In this document: one piece after another, positions 24,155 to 35,222 of the stretch
Layout of the letters: the number at the start of each line of letters is the position of its first letter
How positions within the stretch are numbered: the stretch's first letter is position 1
Source: Tubiluchus corallicola
Lineage: Eukaryota; Animalia; Priapulida
Assembly: GCA_030141605.1 (NCBI GenBank)
Contig: JAQGDQ010000772.1
Coordinates: 1-64,000 of the forward strand
DNA: 64,000 bases
Reading direction: 5' to 3'
Made by a program: the position numbers and the translations under genes
Notes under the pieces: model-generated
Seen by the model: the letters and a program-made list of their open reading frames with translations, nothing else
The model's database searches: none
Told to the model about the DNA's origin: nothing

Positions 24155-26369
24155 TCAATATTATACAGACTAATTGAAGATTAGCTCAGCTTTGCCGTTG
24201 TTTCCACACCTGAGTGCACGCATGCACGCGGCTACTGCACGGATAAACCTGTGTGAGATCAGATGGCATCTCTGTCTAAAAGCACAATAAATCTCTTACT
24301 TGCACTCCGATTGAAAAAAATGAGAGACGACATTTACGTGTTTGTCATCAAATGAAGTTTAAAGTATCAGAGATTATGTAAAACGATTTGCTGTTGACGA
24401 TCTAGCGCCGCTAAATTTGAAATGTGTTTTCTGTAGAATTTCCGTCTACTTGCGCCCGCATGTTAGCCAGTAGCATATTCTAAGTCCTAAGCTTGTATAA
24501 TATTGCATAATTTGTTAATTATATGAAACTACACACAAAATATTTTGCGCACAAATTGAAATTACTGTTACACATGTACTTGCCTTACCAGAAAAAGATT
24601 GTAATAAATTGTTAAATGTTATTGAAAGGTCACAACGAATGACGGATGTCATAAAAACAATTTTTTTATCTAATTTTTGCTATACAGTTGTCCTAGCCTA
24701 AAGCCACCGAAATGAAACCCGGTACTACACAATGGCCTTACCGAGGTGTTTTAATGTAACCTGTTGTAGTACAAGTTGTTTCTTCTTCCAAAAGAAGGAG
24801 CTACCTGACGAAACGCAGCATGAACGCATATGACACGTTTCGTGGCGACAGATCGTCAATTTCTTAGCCAAACACAGTAGTGGGTAACTTCAGTTTGGAA
24901 GCAGTCACCCTGACCAGCAACGCGTTCCTCTCACCATCACCTAGTACTAATTTCTGATTATATATCGTTACAGGTTTACTGCTGGAAGCCTTGTAATCTC
25001 GCACTACTTTCTCTGCTTTCCGATCTAAATGAGTGACACTACGCCTGGAAAACATTTGTTTACTCTCGTCAGGAAATGACGCTGCCCATTAAATAGTCAT
25101 TGCACCACAAACCCTCGACGTGCATCAATGATCGTCATAAAAGACTCTTCAAACCTTCCCCAGATATTTCTCCAACAATTTTCCGCGTTCTGGCCAGCTA
25201 AATAATTTAGTTTGCAGTTTGCATTTTACCACCAGCAAATTAGATAAGGGAAGACAACTGGGAACTGATTTTGGTATTGCATATCATTGTGTTAGAGAAC
25301 CCAAAGGGCATGAATCTTGCTTGTCCCGGATTTTATTGATCTTCATGTGTAAGGTCTTCTGGCAATGTTTTAGCAGAAACGGCGATAATTGTTATCCCTG
25401 TGGACATCATGTCTAAATATTTCATCAGAAATTCAACATTTGATGGTAACGTTAATGTTTAGCGATAACAATACACGCTTGCGAGCATGATCGAGAAGAC
25501 TGGAGCCGAATCGATGGCTCCGAGGAATGCTCGCAATGTACTGGCATAACGCCAAGCTTGGCCGATCCTAAGAAACCCATTGCACAAAAAGCAAACAACA
25601 AAAAGCACGGTGATTTCTAAACACGTATGAGCTTTTTTGTGACCATTACTTAGTCCATTTTCTGCATAAATTCGGAACAATGAAGGTGTACCTTCTAAGA
25701 AGATGAACGGGAGTTGAATCCAATCTACCGGTAACAAAAATGACGCTTTAGAATAATAAAGGTGTACAGTTCAAATTAGATGAATAGGAACTGAATCCAA
25801 TCTACCGGTAACAAAAATGACACTTTAGAATAATAAAGGTGTACAGTTCAAATTAGATGAATAGGAACTGAATCCAATCTACCGGTAACAAAAATGACGC
25901 TTTAGAACAGTAATCACAGCATATCTATAATAACTTAAACTTACAGAACAGGAAAGGTTGAAAACAAGAAATTCCACCTCCACCTCTATTACCTCCTCCC
26001 CTCCCCCCTAACAAACACGCCCCAGATTAGCCAATATTCAGATTTCATCAACAGCTTGCAAATGCCGTTAATTTACGTCAGAAAGCGAGAAGCTCTGAAA
26101 CTGCAAGTAAAACGTCTAACACCGAGCTTAAAATAGACCTTCGCGCGTGCCAATTCTTGTGTATAAAAGTCCAATTCATCATCATATTCCCATTTGGGAA
26201 AATTAAAACCTGCACTTGCTGTAATGAATCTTGCATCTACACCCACGGAAAGGATTTCATGCAAAAGTTAAAACGGGAAAATATGTGCAGATGCAAATGG
26301 GAATCCATGAAATTATACAAAGCAATATTTTTTTTATTTATTGACGATTTACGATTCTTTACAAAACAT
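24155..26369 (-). pseudogene. Tiled long protein-like frames containing only TAA/TAG internally; unknown product
   Basis: Extends ORFs 26073..26264, 25459..25737 and 24864..25055 when TAA/TAG are read through; see findings. Confidence 0.4.
25715..25907. repeat. Short tandem repeat, 77-bp unit, about 2.5 copies
   Basis: tgaatccaatctaccggtaacaaaaatgac starts at 25715, 25792 and 25869. Confidence 0.9.
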
Positions 26370-26389
26370 TACATTCCTAGCAAAATTAA

Positions 26390-27360
26390 TTCATACCTCT
26401 TGATTTAGAATCACGTATTGTTGAAATTTTATGCACATAGTTAATCAACAATTTCTTAACTTCCACATATCCACTTTTGTTTAAAAACATAAACTTATCA
26501 ATATCACACGTGGATGGGAGTTCTGAAAAAATATCTGATATTTGATTCAAGAACGCAGTAGTTTCTTGACAATAAACACTGCATTGCATACTTCATCTTC
26601 CGTGCTCCCATTCTTACATAAAGTAAATTTTGTCACATCAACAGGTGTTTTAGGTCTGGTATATCGACCAGCTTCGAGTTGCTGCCTACGCGCGCTACCA
26701 GAGAATATTGTGCAAATCTCCTTATGTGCTCTAGGAACATCAGTAATGAAAGGATGATTTTCGAGTTTTTACTCAGATTTGAACAGTCTATACGTCTTTA
26801 GTTTATTAGAGCCATTTGGACGAGCACTATCATTATGGATAGCATTTACAAAATAGTTATTATAATTACTGAACAATTTCTTTTCGATTGAATGAATTAG
26901 AAGAGTTTTGCTGAAAGTACATCCGTTCTTCCAAACATGGGTAAAGCCAAGTTCACATAATATTTTCCTAATACACGTAACCCAAGTGTATAGTTACCAT
27001 TCATGTCTAATTCTTTACACATCAAATAAGCATTATGTACTAAACTATCTTCATGCATCTCTAACATATGCAACCAGAATTTCACCATTAATGTAATTAA
27101 AAATATATTTACTGGGTATACACTAAGCTTTGCCCTCACAGCAAAATTACTAGCTTTAGAGTGAACACAAAGCGTACGTTTACAAAATTTTAGTACAGTA
27201 AGCTGGCTTTTTACCTTATCGTAATCAGCTTCAAGAGTAATTCCGCTTAATGATTTTTCAACATTCAAAGTAAAAGCCCCCCCCTCCCATATTTCAGACC
27301 TAACAGTAGAATTGAAGATATTTATAGCCAAACTGGTGTCCAGATCATGATTTGGCACAG
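26390..27360 (-). mobile_element. Decayed LINE fragment (C-terminal part of ORF2, CR1/L2 group)
   Basis: KFCKRTLCVHSKASNFAVRAKL...VKFWLHML in ORF 26897..27358 and downstream RYTRPKTP remnants are typical post-RT LINE motifs; frameshifted. Confidence 0.75.
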
Positions 27361-28427
27361 TAATTTATTCACAGTGCCAAAACGGGGCTTTTTTTATACG
27401 AAGTTTCTATGTTTAGTAGATGTCTAGAAGAGCGTGCTAAGAAGAAAGCTTAATCATCACTGTCTCTCATAAACAAAAAAGATGTAGGTATACACTATAC
27501 ACAGCTATTGTCTGGTATGATTTGAGCAAGTTCAACTGACTGTTTGAGAAAATAAGGATTTTACGAAACTTGCAAGCACAGGCCTGTCTTTCATGACATT
27601 GAGAATAAGAGCACGTTGCCTATAAACATGGCGTCTTAAGTGGTGGCAGCTTATGGTCTTATATAACTGCTTTTTATTCTGTACCTTGTATAAGCCTTTA
27701 AATTAGGGAGAGGCATTTTGAACAAGTACTTTTCTTGAACATATTGTGGAAATTATATTTCGATGCAAACATGAACTTGGTTTTTTTCACGTTGTATTTA
27801 CTACAGTTTCGCTTTGCTTAAATTTTGTGCTAGCTTTACACACGTGCAGGGAAGCCAGGGTAGTGATAATAGAACTTGTTTTGCACGTAGCGTTACGGGC
27901 AGCAAGTTGTTCTCACTGGCTGGCAATAATAATTTGACCCAGAAGGGATTTGTAAATCAGCCTGTGTACAGCGATTTTAATGTTGTACAGAAATAGTTGA
28001 TGTAATAAGTCATAATTCATTTATTTCACATTACACATTTACCATGTCCACTTTGCATGTTGGTAACATTTAACTGACAGCGCATGCTCACTTCTTCACT
28101 TATAGAAGTTTTGATTTGCTCTTTATAAGCATCCATTAATGTCAGTTCTGTTTTTTCTACTAGTCCAGTTAAGAAAACGACTGGTCTAGGTTATTAACTG
28201 AATAGTTCAGCTTGTTTTTGCGCTTAACTTTGACAACATTGAAGTCATTTGTTTTTTGCTTACATAGTATTTACGTTATCACGGCTAGTAAACTTTTTAC
28301 AGCTGAAGAGTTCCGTAAAATGGTCAAGGATGAATTATTTCACATAGCAGGTGACATGGGTTTGGCTATAAACCCAAAAGCCAGAAAAGAAAACATTGTA
28401 TAATTGATTCTTGGAACACAACTGATT

Positions 28428-29010
28428 TGTGTTAGATAGCGTTAGATAATGTACTACTAGAATGCCGGAGTCGGGTTAAGGATTTCTTGTTTCATACGGG
28501 GGCACGTGGAACCCGAGCCTAGGAGTCTTAATGAGCCAGTAATGTTCGATGGTAGATAGAATACCAAACCAACTATTAAGCTGTATATAAGAAAATTTAA
28601 TTGATTACTACTTTAACAGATTTTAACCAGGAGAAAAGAAATAGTTAACAATAACAATCAATCACAGTGCAGCAAATAAGCAAATATATTCTCTAGTCTA
28701 ATTATTACTAGCTTTAGAGTTAACACAAAGCGTACGTTTACAAAATTTTAGTGTGTGTTAGATAGTCTTAGATAATTTACAGCTAGAATCCTGGAGCTAA
28801 GGATTTGTTGTTTCATACGGGGGCACGTGGAACCCGAGCTTAGGAATCTCAATGAGCTGTTCAGTGTAAGATAGAATGCAAACACTAATTATTAAGGTGT
28901 GTAACAAAATTTAGTTAACCTCTACTTTAACAAAATTTAACCACTCCTTTAACAAAATTTAACCACTCCTTTAACAAAATTTAACGGCAAATATATTCCT
29001 TAGTCTAATA
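28428..29010. repeat. Diverged direct duplication (about 28428-28700 and 28756-29010), possibly LTR remnants
   Basis: Both start tgttagatag..ttagataat, share ttgtttcatacgggggcacgtggaacccgagc and end caaatatatt...tagtcta. Confidence 0.75.
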
Positions 29011-31425
29011 ACCGAGAGGGTAGGAGTTATTGGACGTAAAAAAGAAAAAAGTTTAGACAGAAAAAACAGCGAGACAGAACAGTCTTACTGCATCTAGCGT
29101 GCAAACATCAATGACATCATTATTGACCACTTTACATGCAGCCCTTTACTAAACAACACAAACGCTTTTATCATATTATTTATTAGCATATTATTTAATT
29201 ATAAACGTCTTTCAATGCGGAGTGACATAAACAAACGTTGCGTGTAACTAATGCTGTCTCTTAATGCAATAGCAAATGTGGATGCACGTTGCCATCTAAA
29301 TGGTTTTAAAAATTGTTTATGGAGAAATAAATTAACCAGTATTGTAAAGGATCCACCACTAACTGCAACACTGTTTGAGCAAAGTCATCGTTGCCAACTT
29401 AAATATTATGCATATTAATGCATTACACACGCGTGCTGTATGTCTGGCTTCAACACTAGTCATGCACAGCCACTGTGTTGTACTAGTTGGCTTCCTGCTT
29501 CGGTGTATCCATCTTACGAGGGCCGCCGCTACATCAGCTGACTGAACTGATTTCAGAGCAAGCACGCCTGGCATACTGATCTACATTCAGCTTGTTCTTA
29601 AAACAGACATGCACCTGCCCACCGGTTCACTGCCCTCTTGAAGAGTTTTGGAAACTGTTAGAAGTCGAAATTCACTGTTTCCACTTCGGTACATGCTTCA
29701 CGTGCATTCAAGCTTTGTTCAAACACGCACGCCCCCTAACACAAGCACGTATATGACGATATACGTGTAGTATGGTTTCATTTATGTGGTTCGGCCACTC
29801 GCCAAACCGGAATCCAACACTCAACTGCAGGGCCTCTTAATATAGATAGTTGTAACGGACCGGAATCTAGTCATTCATCAAGGACCTAGCTCTGAGATGA
29901 GACAAGGAAGCAGCAAAGTTTAACCCCACTCAGCTATTTTCTCGCTTGCTGAGTTAAGCAAAAAAACGTTGCTACGTAGTACGCAGTTTTGTGGTATTAT
30001 TTACGCTGGCAACTAACAAGCAAACTTAATCTTCCCAAGACAAGTTAACGAGTCATGTGATATGTACAATACTTAAAAATTGTCTAAAAATAAACTAAAG
30101 ACAGGCACAATTCATTTTCTTCGACTGAGTCCTTGTCAACCAGCCTACGAGTATCAGTTCCCAAGCAAACACGACGTCATTCAGTGCCCCCCCCCCACCA
30201 CCCCCTATGACGTCAACAAGAGAGATGTTTTTGATCACAAATAACAGATTGGCGAACAGTGAGCAACCCGAGCGGGAAGGACGCGCATACAGAAACACTG
30301 CAATTTGTTCGCGAGTTTTCTTAATAACAGCAGAAATGCCTGAGCTCAACGAACTGGCAATACGTTCGTAACAAGATAAAAGATTCCATCCGATTGAAGT
30401 TTTAAATTGACGTCGGGAATGGGCTCGATCTGCAACAAAACCATTTTGACATTCCAGACGGATTAATGAAATAAGGATGCAACTGTTTCAGTCATGAGTT
30501 CCATAGTTCAACTTCCGCTGCTTCGTAAACGAATAACAGTGAAAACGAGGACGGGAGACATAACAGCTAAGTACGGAAATCAAAATAATAAACAGAATGG
30601 ATAATTTGCAAAACAAAGATCAGTTCTCACGCGGAAACTCGAAGTGAAAGTTGGGAAGACAGTTTTTCTCCAAGGATTTTAAATTTTGTTGAATTAATCA
30701 TGACACAAAGGTGAATGAGCTGTCAGTTTCAGTTGGAAGTTTTACGATCAGAATGCTTATAGATCAATTTCTTAAAGCCGAAAGAGGTTCTCCATTGGCT
30801 CTCTGCTTTTTTTCAAGTGTTGTGGTACGTAATGTGGCCTGCCCTGGACACTATCCCATTTACGAATCAGGCAGACAAAAACAGATTTTTAAGCAATATT
30901 AATTCAATCTTAACAATAACCAACTTGGCTACTGCTGACACTAAAGCCCATTCTACTTATGAAAACACAGTTCGGTTAGCATAAACTAAGACCGCTTTTC
31001 AATCAATATCCGACCAGCTTCGCACCAGGAAAATGTCATCAACATTTAACAATAGAAATCTTAACGCCATTTTCTTTCTTAAACCGGCAACCGATGAGAT
31101 CAGTAACAAAGCGATTAGCACGCCCACTTTCCCTAGGTTTATAAAGGTATAATTCGTATTCCTGGGAAATATCGCTATTCCCAAAAGGGAATGGAGACAT
31201 GTTGTAGAGAGCCTGCAAGACCTCTGTAAGAGCCAAATAACTGAGAAGCTAAATTTCAATAGTTGTGCAATCAAAGTTCAGCACACAAGTTCATGCAAAA
31301 ATACAAGATTGGCAAAAAAATCCGGGGTTCAACCAAAATGGTCCTAAATGGGAAATTGGTACAAGAAAATTACTTAATAACTATTAATCTGGATTAGAAG
31401 TCCAAATGAAAAAACAAACGTTTAA

Positions 31426-32058
31426 AGGACAAGAAAAGGGGCACCTGAAGTAGGTTTCAGAAAAATTGCCTTAAAAAATTATACTACTTTACAGCGAATT
31501 TATCCATGTATCATATTCGCGTTAAAAGAATTTTTGTTTGTTTCATTTTAAATCACACGATATTGTTCTGATGGCACCATTAAATGACGTCACCCACGCA
31601 AACGTAAATCAGGGGAAGAAATGGCAATGTAAAATTATGACCCAAAGCACTTTCCATGCCAATCTATATTACTTAGCATTTCGCTTACCTGCTAGAAGGA
31701 CTTATGTAACTAGAAATAATAATTTAAAATGTTGGTGCCAATTGGTAAAATGTCGCTGACTCACCCTCCAGGGTGCGCCACTCAGTAACCAAAAACGTAT
31801 ATTTACTTAATTAGCAACATGTGTGCTAGGCATGCTCCGACTATTTTTTCAAACTTGATGCAGTGTTATCTAAACTTGTTTCAAATGACCTGTCATCGAA
31901 ATGGCTGCGTCTAACGGTCATCGCGGGAGTTTAAATTTACACGTTTATACAGCCTTACTGCCGACGCAAGCACTGTATGCAAAAAAGCAGCACGTAAATG
32001 GTATAAAATTTCAAAACTACTTTTTTAGCTTTACGTAGGTGGAGGGTTTTCTTGTGTT
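31426..32058 (+). mobile_element. TTAA-flanked non-autonomous DNA transposon (Kolobok-like), copy 1
   Basis: ttaa|aggacaagaaaa ... ttttcttgtgtt|ttaa; inverted homologous copies at 60143-60687 and about 40013-40580. Confidence 0.7.
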
Positions 32059-32109
32059 TTAAGAGATAAATTGTATCCAATATTAACTAATTGCTTAATT
32101 CATGAATGC

Positions 32110-32610
32110 ATCACACTTCTCATTTGTCAATGCAGCTCTAATCGGACCAAATCGCAAACAAGCAATCTAAAACAAATTAGGACAAACACCCACTACAGAA
32201 CGAACTCTATAATTAAACAAGCAATTCTACTTTGGAATTCTCTACCATTACAGGTTAAACAAATCAAGTCCCTATCAGCATTTAAAACAAAATTAAAATC
32301 ACTAATATTAACCGGATATGAAATACCATCACACCAGTACGACAACATGCACACTAACTCAGAATTTATATATCCGCGGCCATGTTAATTAAATCATAAT
32401 TTTTTTCATTTTTTGTGCATAGTTGTAAATATGTTTGATTTTATTCGTCGTTACTTTCCATTACTGCACAGTAGTTTAGACTGCACTGACGTATTTGCCT
32501 TTAGCAGTGTAAGTTTTTATTAACTAACACTGATTGATCATCTCTGTAAAGTTTTTATCAGTGATTATCAATGTATTTTAATGGCAAATAAAGATTATTA
32601 TATATATATA
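32110..32610 (+). mobile_element. 3' fragment of a LINE (CR1/L2 group)
   Basis: LLWNSLPLQVKQIKSLSAFKTKLK is the typical ORF2 C-terminal motif, followed by a 3' UTR, aataaa and a TA-rich tail. Confidence 0.8.
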
Positions 32611-33781
32611 AGTGACGTTTGAAATGACTATACCAGTTCTCACGTGCTGGTTTTAAAAACTAAACAGACGTCAGTAGCACTAAACACTTCACATATTTTG
32701 GCAAAGACAAGTAGAACGTAAAACCTGCTCATAGTGTTTGTGTTCGATTTGATTTACGTGTCGGGCACCGCACATTTTCCCTACATAATATTTGTGTTGG
32801 CGAACTTGCCCACATTGAAAATCCAAATATTTACACCCCGAGTTCAAAACGGCGCAAAGTCCTACACGTCTCTCCCAAAAACCATTTTGGCTAGTTTCAA
32901 ACGTTTCCGCTACATGGAAGTATCGGTTATAAGAATTCAACATCTGTTATGAAGCATGCAATTAAGTTATTTTTATAAGAGCTACGGGCAGGAATTATTC
33001 TCATGCAGCGGCTTGAAAGCTTTATTTGAAAGTAAAAAGCGTCTTACGTATTTATGTGCGCGCATAACGTTGTCAAAGAGGATTATCAGAAATAAATCAC
33101 TGCTACGTTTCACATGGCACGGCCTCTGATACATATTGGACTGAATTCGACCCAGGGGGTGGAACTCCAAGATGGCATGGCGGTCTTGATATTACGCATC
33201 ATGAAGATCCATTTTACTATCGTTGTGTAACTGATTACTTGACTACAAATGTCAATTTAATTACAAATGTTATGCGAGACAGAACTAACAGAGTAGGGCG
33301 TCGTAAAGTCTTTATAGGACCCTGTCTATTTAGCAGGTACTCCAGTCCGGGCTTAGAAAGCACGCACCCTGACAGAAACATAACATGATTACTGGATAGT
33401 ATAAAGTATTATAAACCACCCTAAGATTGGGCATCATATCTCAAACCCTTCCACATATCGTACAGTGACATATTACTGCATAACCTGCAAAAAAAGACCC
33501 GATCTACGACCAAGTTCTGTGGGAAATGAAAAAACTTTACAATTAACCTTCTGAGCAAATATAATTTACCCAGCAAAATTTTGACGAAATTTCAGCCATG
33601 CCAAATTTTGGCCCATCCGGAGTCATGCCGAGATATATAATTAGCAAACGGGATTATCAGAATGGTATGGAGTAACACACAAGGACAGCATAGCAAAAAA
33701 CTCAATTCCTGATAACACTTTATGGAAGCCATCAAGAATAAGTTAAACCCAGAATACATCAAGGCAGTTAACTGGTTAAAC

Positions 33782-34251
33782 CGGGGGTGTGCAAATTGCG
33801 GCCCGCGGGCCACTTGCGGCCCGCCTAGAGAATTTGTGCGGCCCGCAAAGAGATTAGTCAACCTAAAGAAAGTGCGGCCCGGGCGATTAATTGAGTGTAT
33901 CCTGCTAAAGTCCGTGCCACGATCCCAAAGATAGTGCCGGTAGTTTTTTTCTACTAGATCGGATGCCATTAACCCTTACAAGACGGTTGTAGCTTAATAA
34001 CACTGTACTACACAGACTGTGTGATACACATTACTAATATGCATTGTAATGAAATTACCACTATCTGTCCTGAAAGTAGAAATATGTGGTTTGTAATATA
34101 AATTTTAATAAATTCTAAAATAGTTTCTTGACTGTAGTAGTAATGATGTACGCAGGTCGGATGCAAAAAAATCTTCATTAGGCCGTTCTGTACTTGGCTT
34201 CTTGATCAAACTGCATGTGACCCGGCTAGACAGATAATTTGCACACCCCTG
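33782..34251. mobile_element. hAT-type MITE, copy 1
   Basis: TIRs cgggggtgtgcaaatt / aatttgcacacccctg, subterminal gcggcccgc repeats, near-TSD ggttaaac / gtttaaac. Confidence 0.88.
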
Positions 34252-34407
34252 GTTTAAACCTCCTAAGGTACATTGACAGATAATCACATAATTCATATTC
34301 GTACCTATTTAAAAAAAAATTTCACTCTTTAAGGCTCACTCAAAATCGTAATTACATATTATGTTTTCCTTTCTCAACTTTCAGGTTTATTGCTCTTATA
34401 CCATTGC

Positions 34408-35222
34408 TATTATTACATCATTTACTTCATCCTTATTTACATTAAGTTATCTACAGAAGCATGCATAACTATAATCATTTTTTCATTTAAGTAAGGTGAG
34501 TGTGTTAATGACCGTATGGTCGTACACTCACCTCGCACTACTCAAATTATTACATCATTTACTTCATCCTTATTTACATTAAGTTATCTACAGAAGCATG
34601 CATAACTATAATCATTTTTTCATTTAAGTAAGGTGAGTGTGTTAATGACCGTATGGTCGTACACTCACCTCGCACTACTCAAATTATTACATCATTTACT
34701 TCATCCTTATTTACATTAAGTTATCTACAGAAGCACGCATAACTATAATAATTCATTTAAGTAAGGTGAGTGTGTTAATGACCGTATGGTCGTACACTCA
34801 CCTCGCACTACTCAAATTATTACATCATTTACTTCATCCTTATTTACATTAAGTTATCTACAGAAGCATGCATAACTATAATCGTTTTTTCATTTAAGTA
34901 AGGTGAGTGTGTTAATGACCGTATGGTCGTACACTCACCTCGCACTACTCAAATTATTACATCATTTACTTCATCCTTATTTACATTAAGTTATCTACAG
35001 AAGCATGCATAACTATAATCATTTTTTCATTTAAGTAAGGTGAGTGTGTTAATGACCGTATGGTCGTACACTCAACTCGCACTACTCAAATTATTACATC
35101 ATTTACTTCATCCTTATTTATATTAAGTTATCTACAGAAGCATGCATAACTATAATCATTTTTTCATTTAAGTAAGGTGAGTGTGTTAATGACCGTACGG
35201 TCGTACACTCACCTCGCACTAG
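34408..35222. repeat. Tandem array, 137-bp hairpin-containing unit, about 6 copies, inside a LINE/SINE 3' end (about 34340-35305)
   Basis: Unit contains aggtgagtgt..gaccgtatggtc..acactcacct; a monomeric copy with the same flanks lies at about 45494-45755. Confidence 0.93.

Noticed and set aside
25150-26210. Spliced gene with 33-60 nt introns and a GNAT-like segment (YIASIPRSHRFGSSLLDHARK)
   Set aside because: Needs weak donors (gtctat, gtgtat, gttctc), phases do not join cleanly and stops remain; the unspliced TAR read-through frames are more parsimonious, though this is not excluded.
28212-28403. Gypsy gag-like fragment (KDELFHIAGDMGLAINPKARKENI)
   Set aside because: Resemblance is too short to annotate without a search.
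1000-35222. Arrays as CRISPR loci
   Set aside because: Head-to-tail repeats without unique spacers, no cas genes, eukaryotic context.
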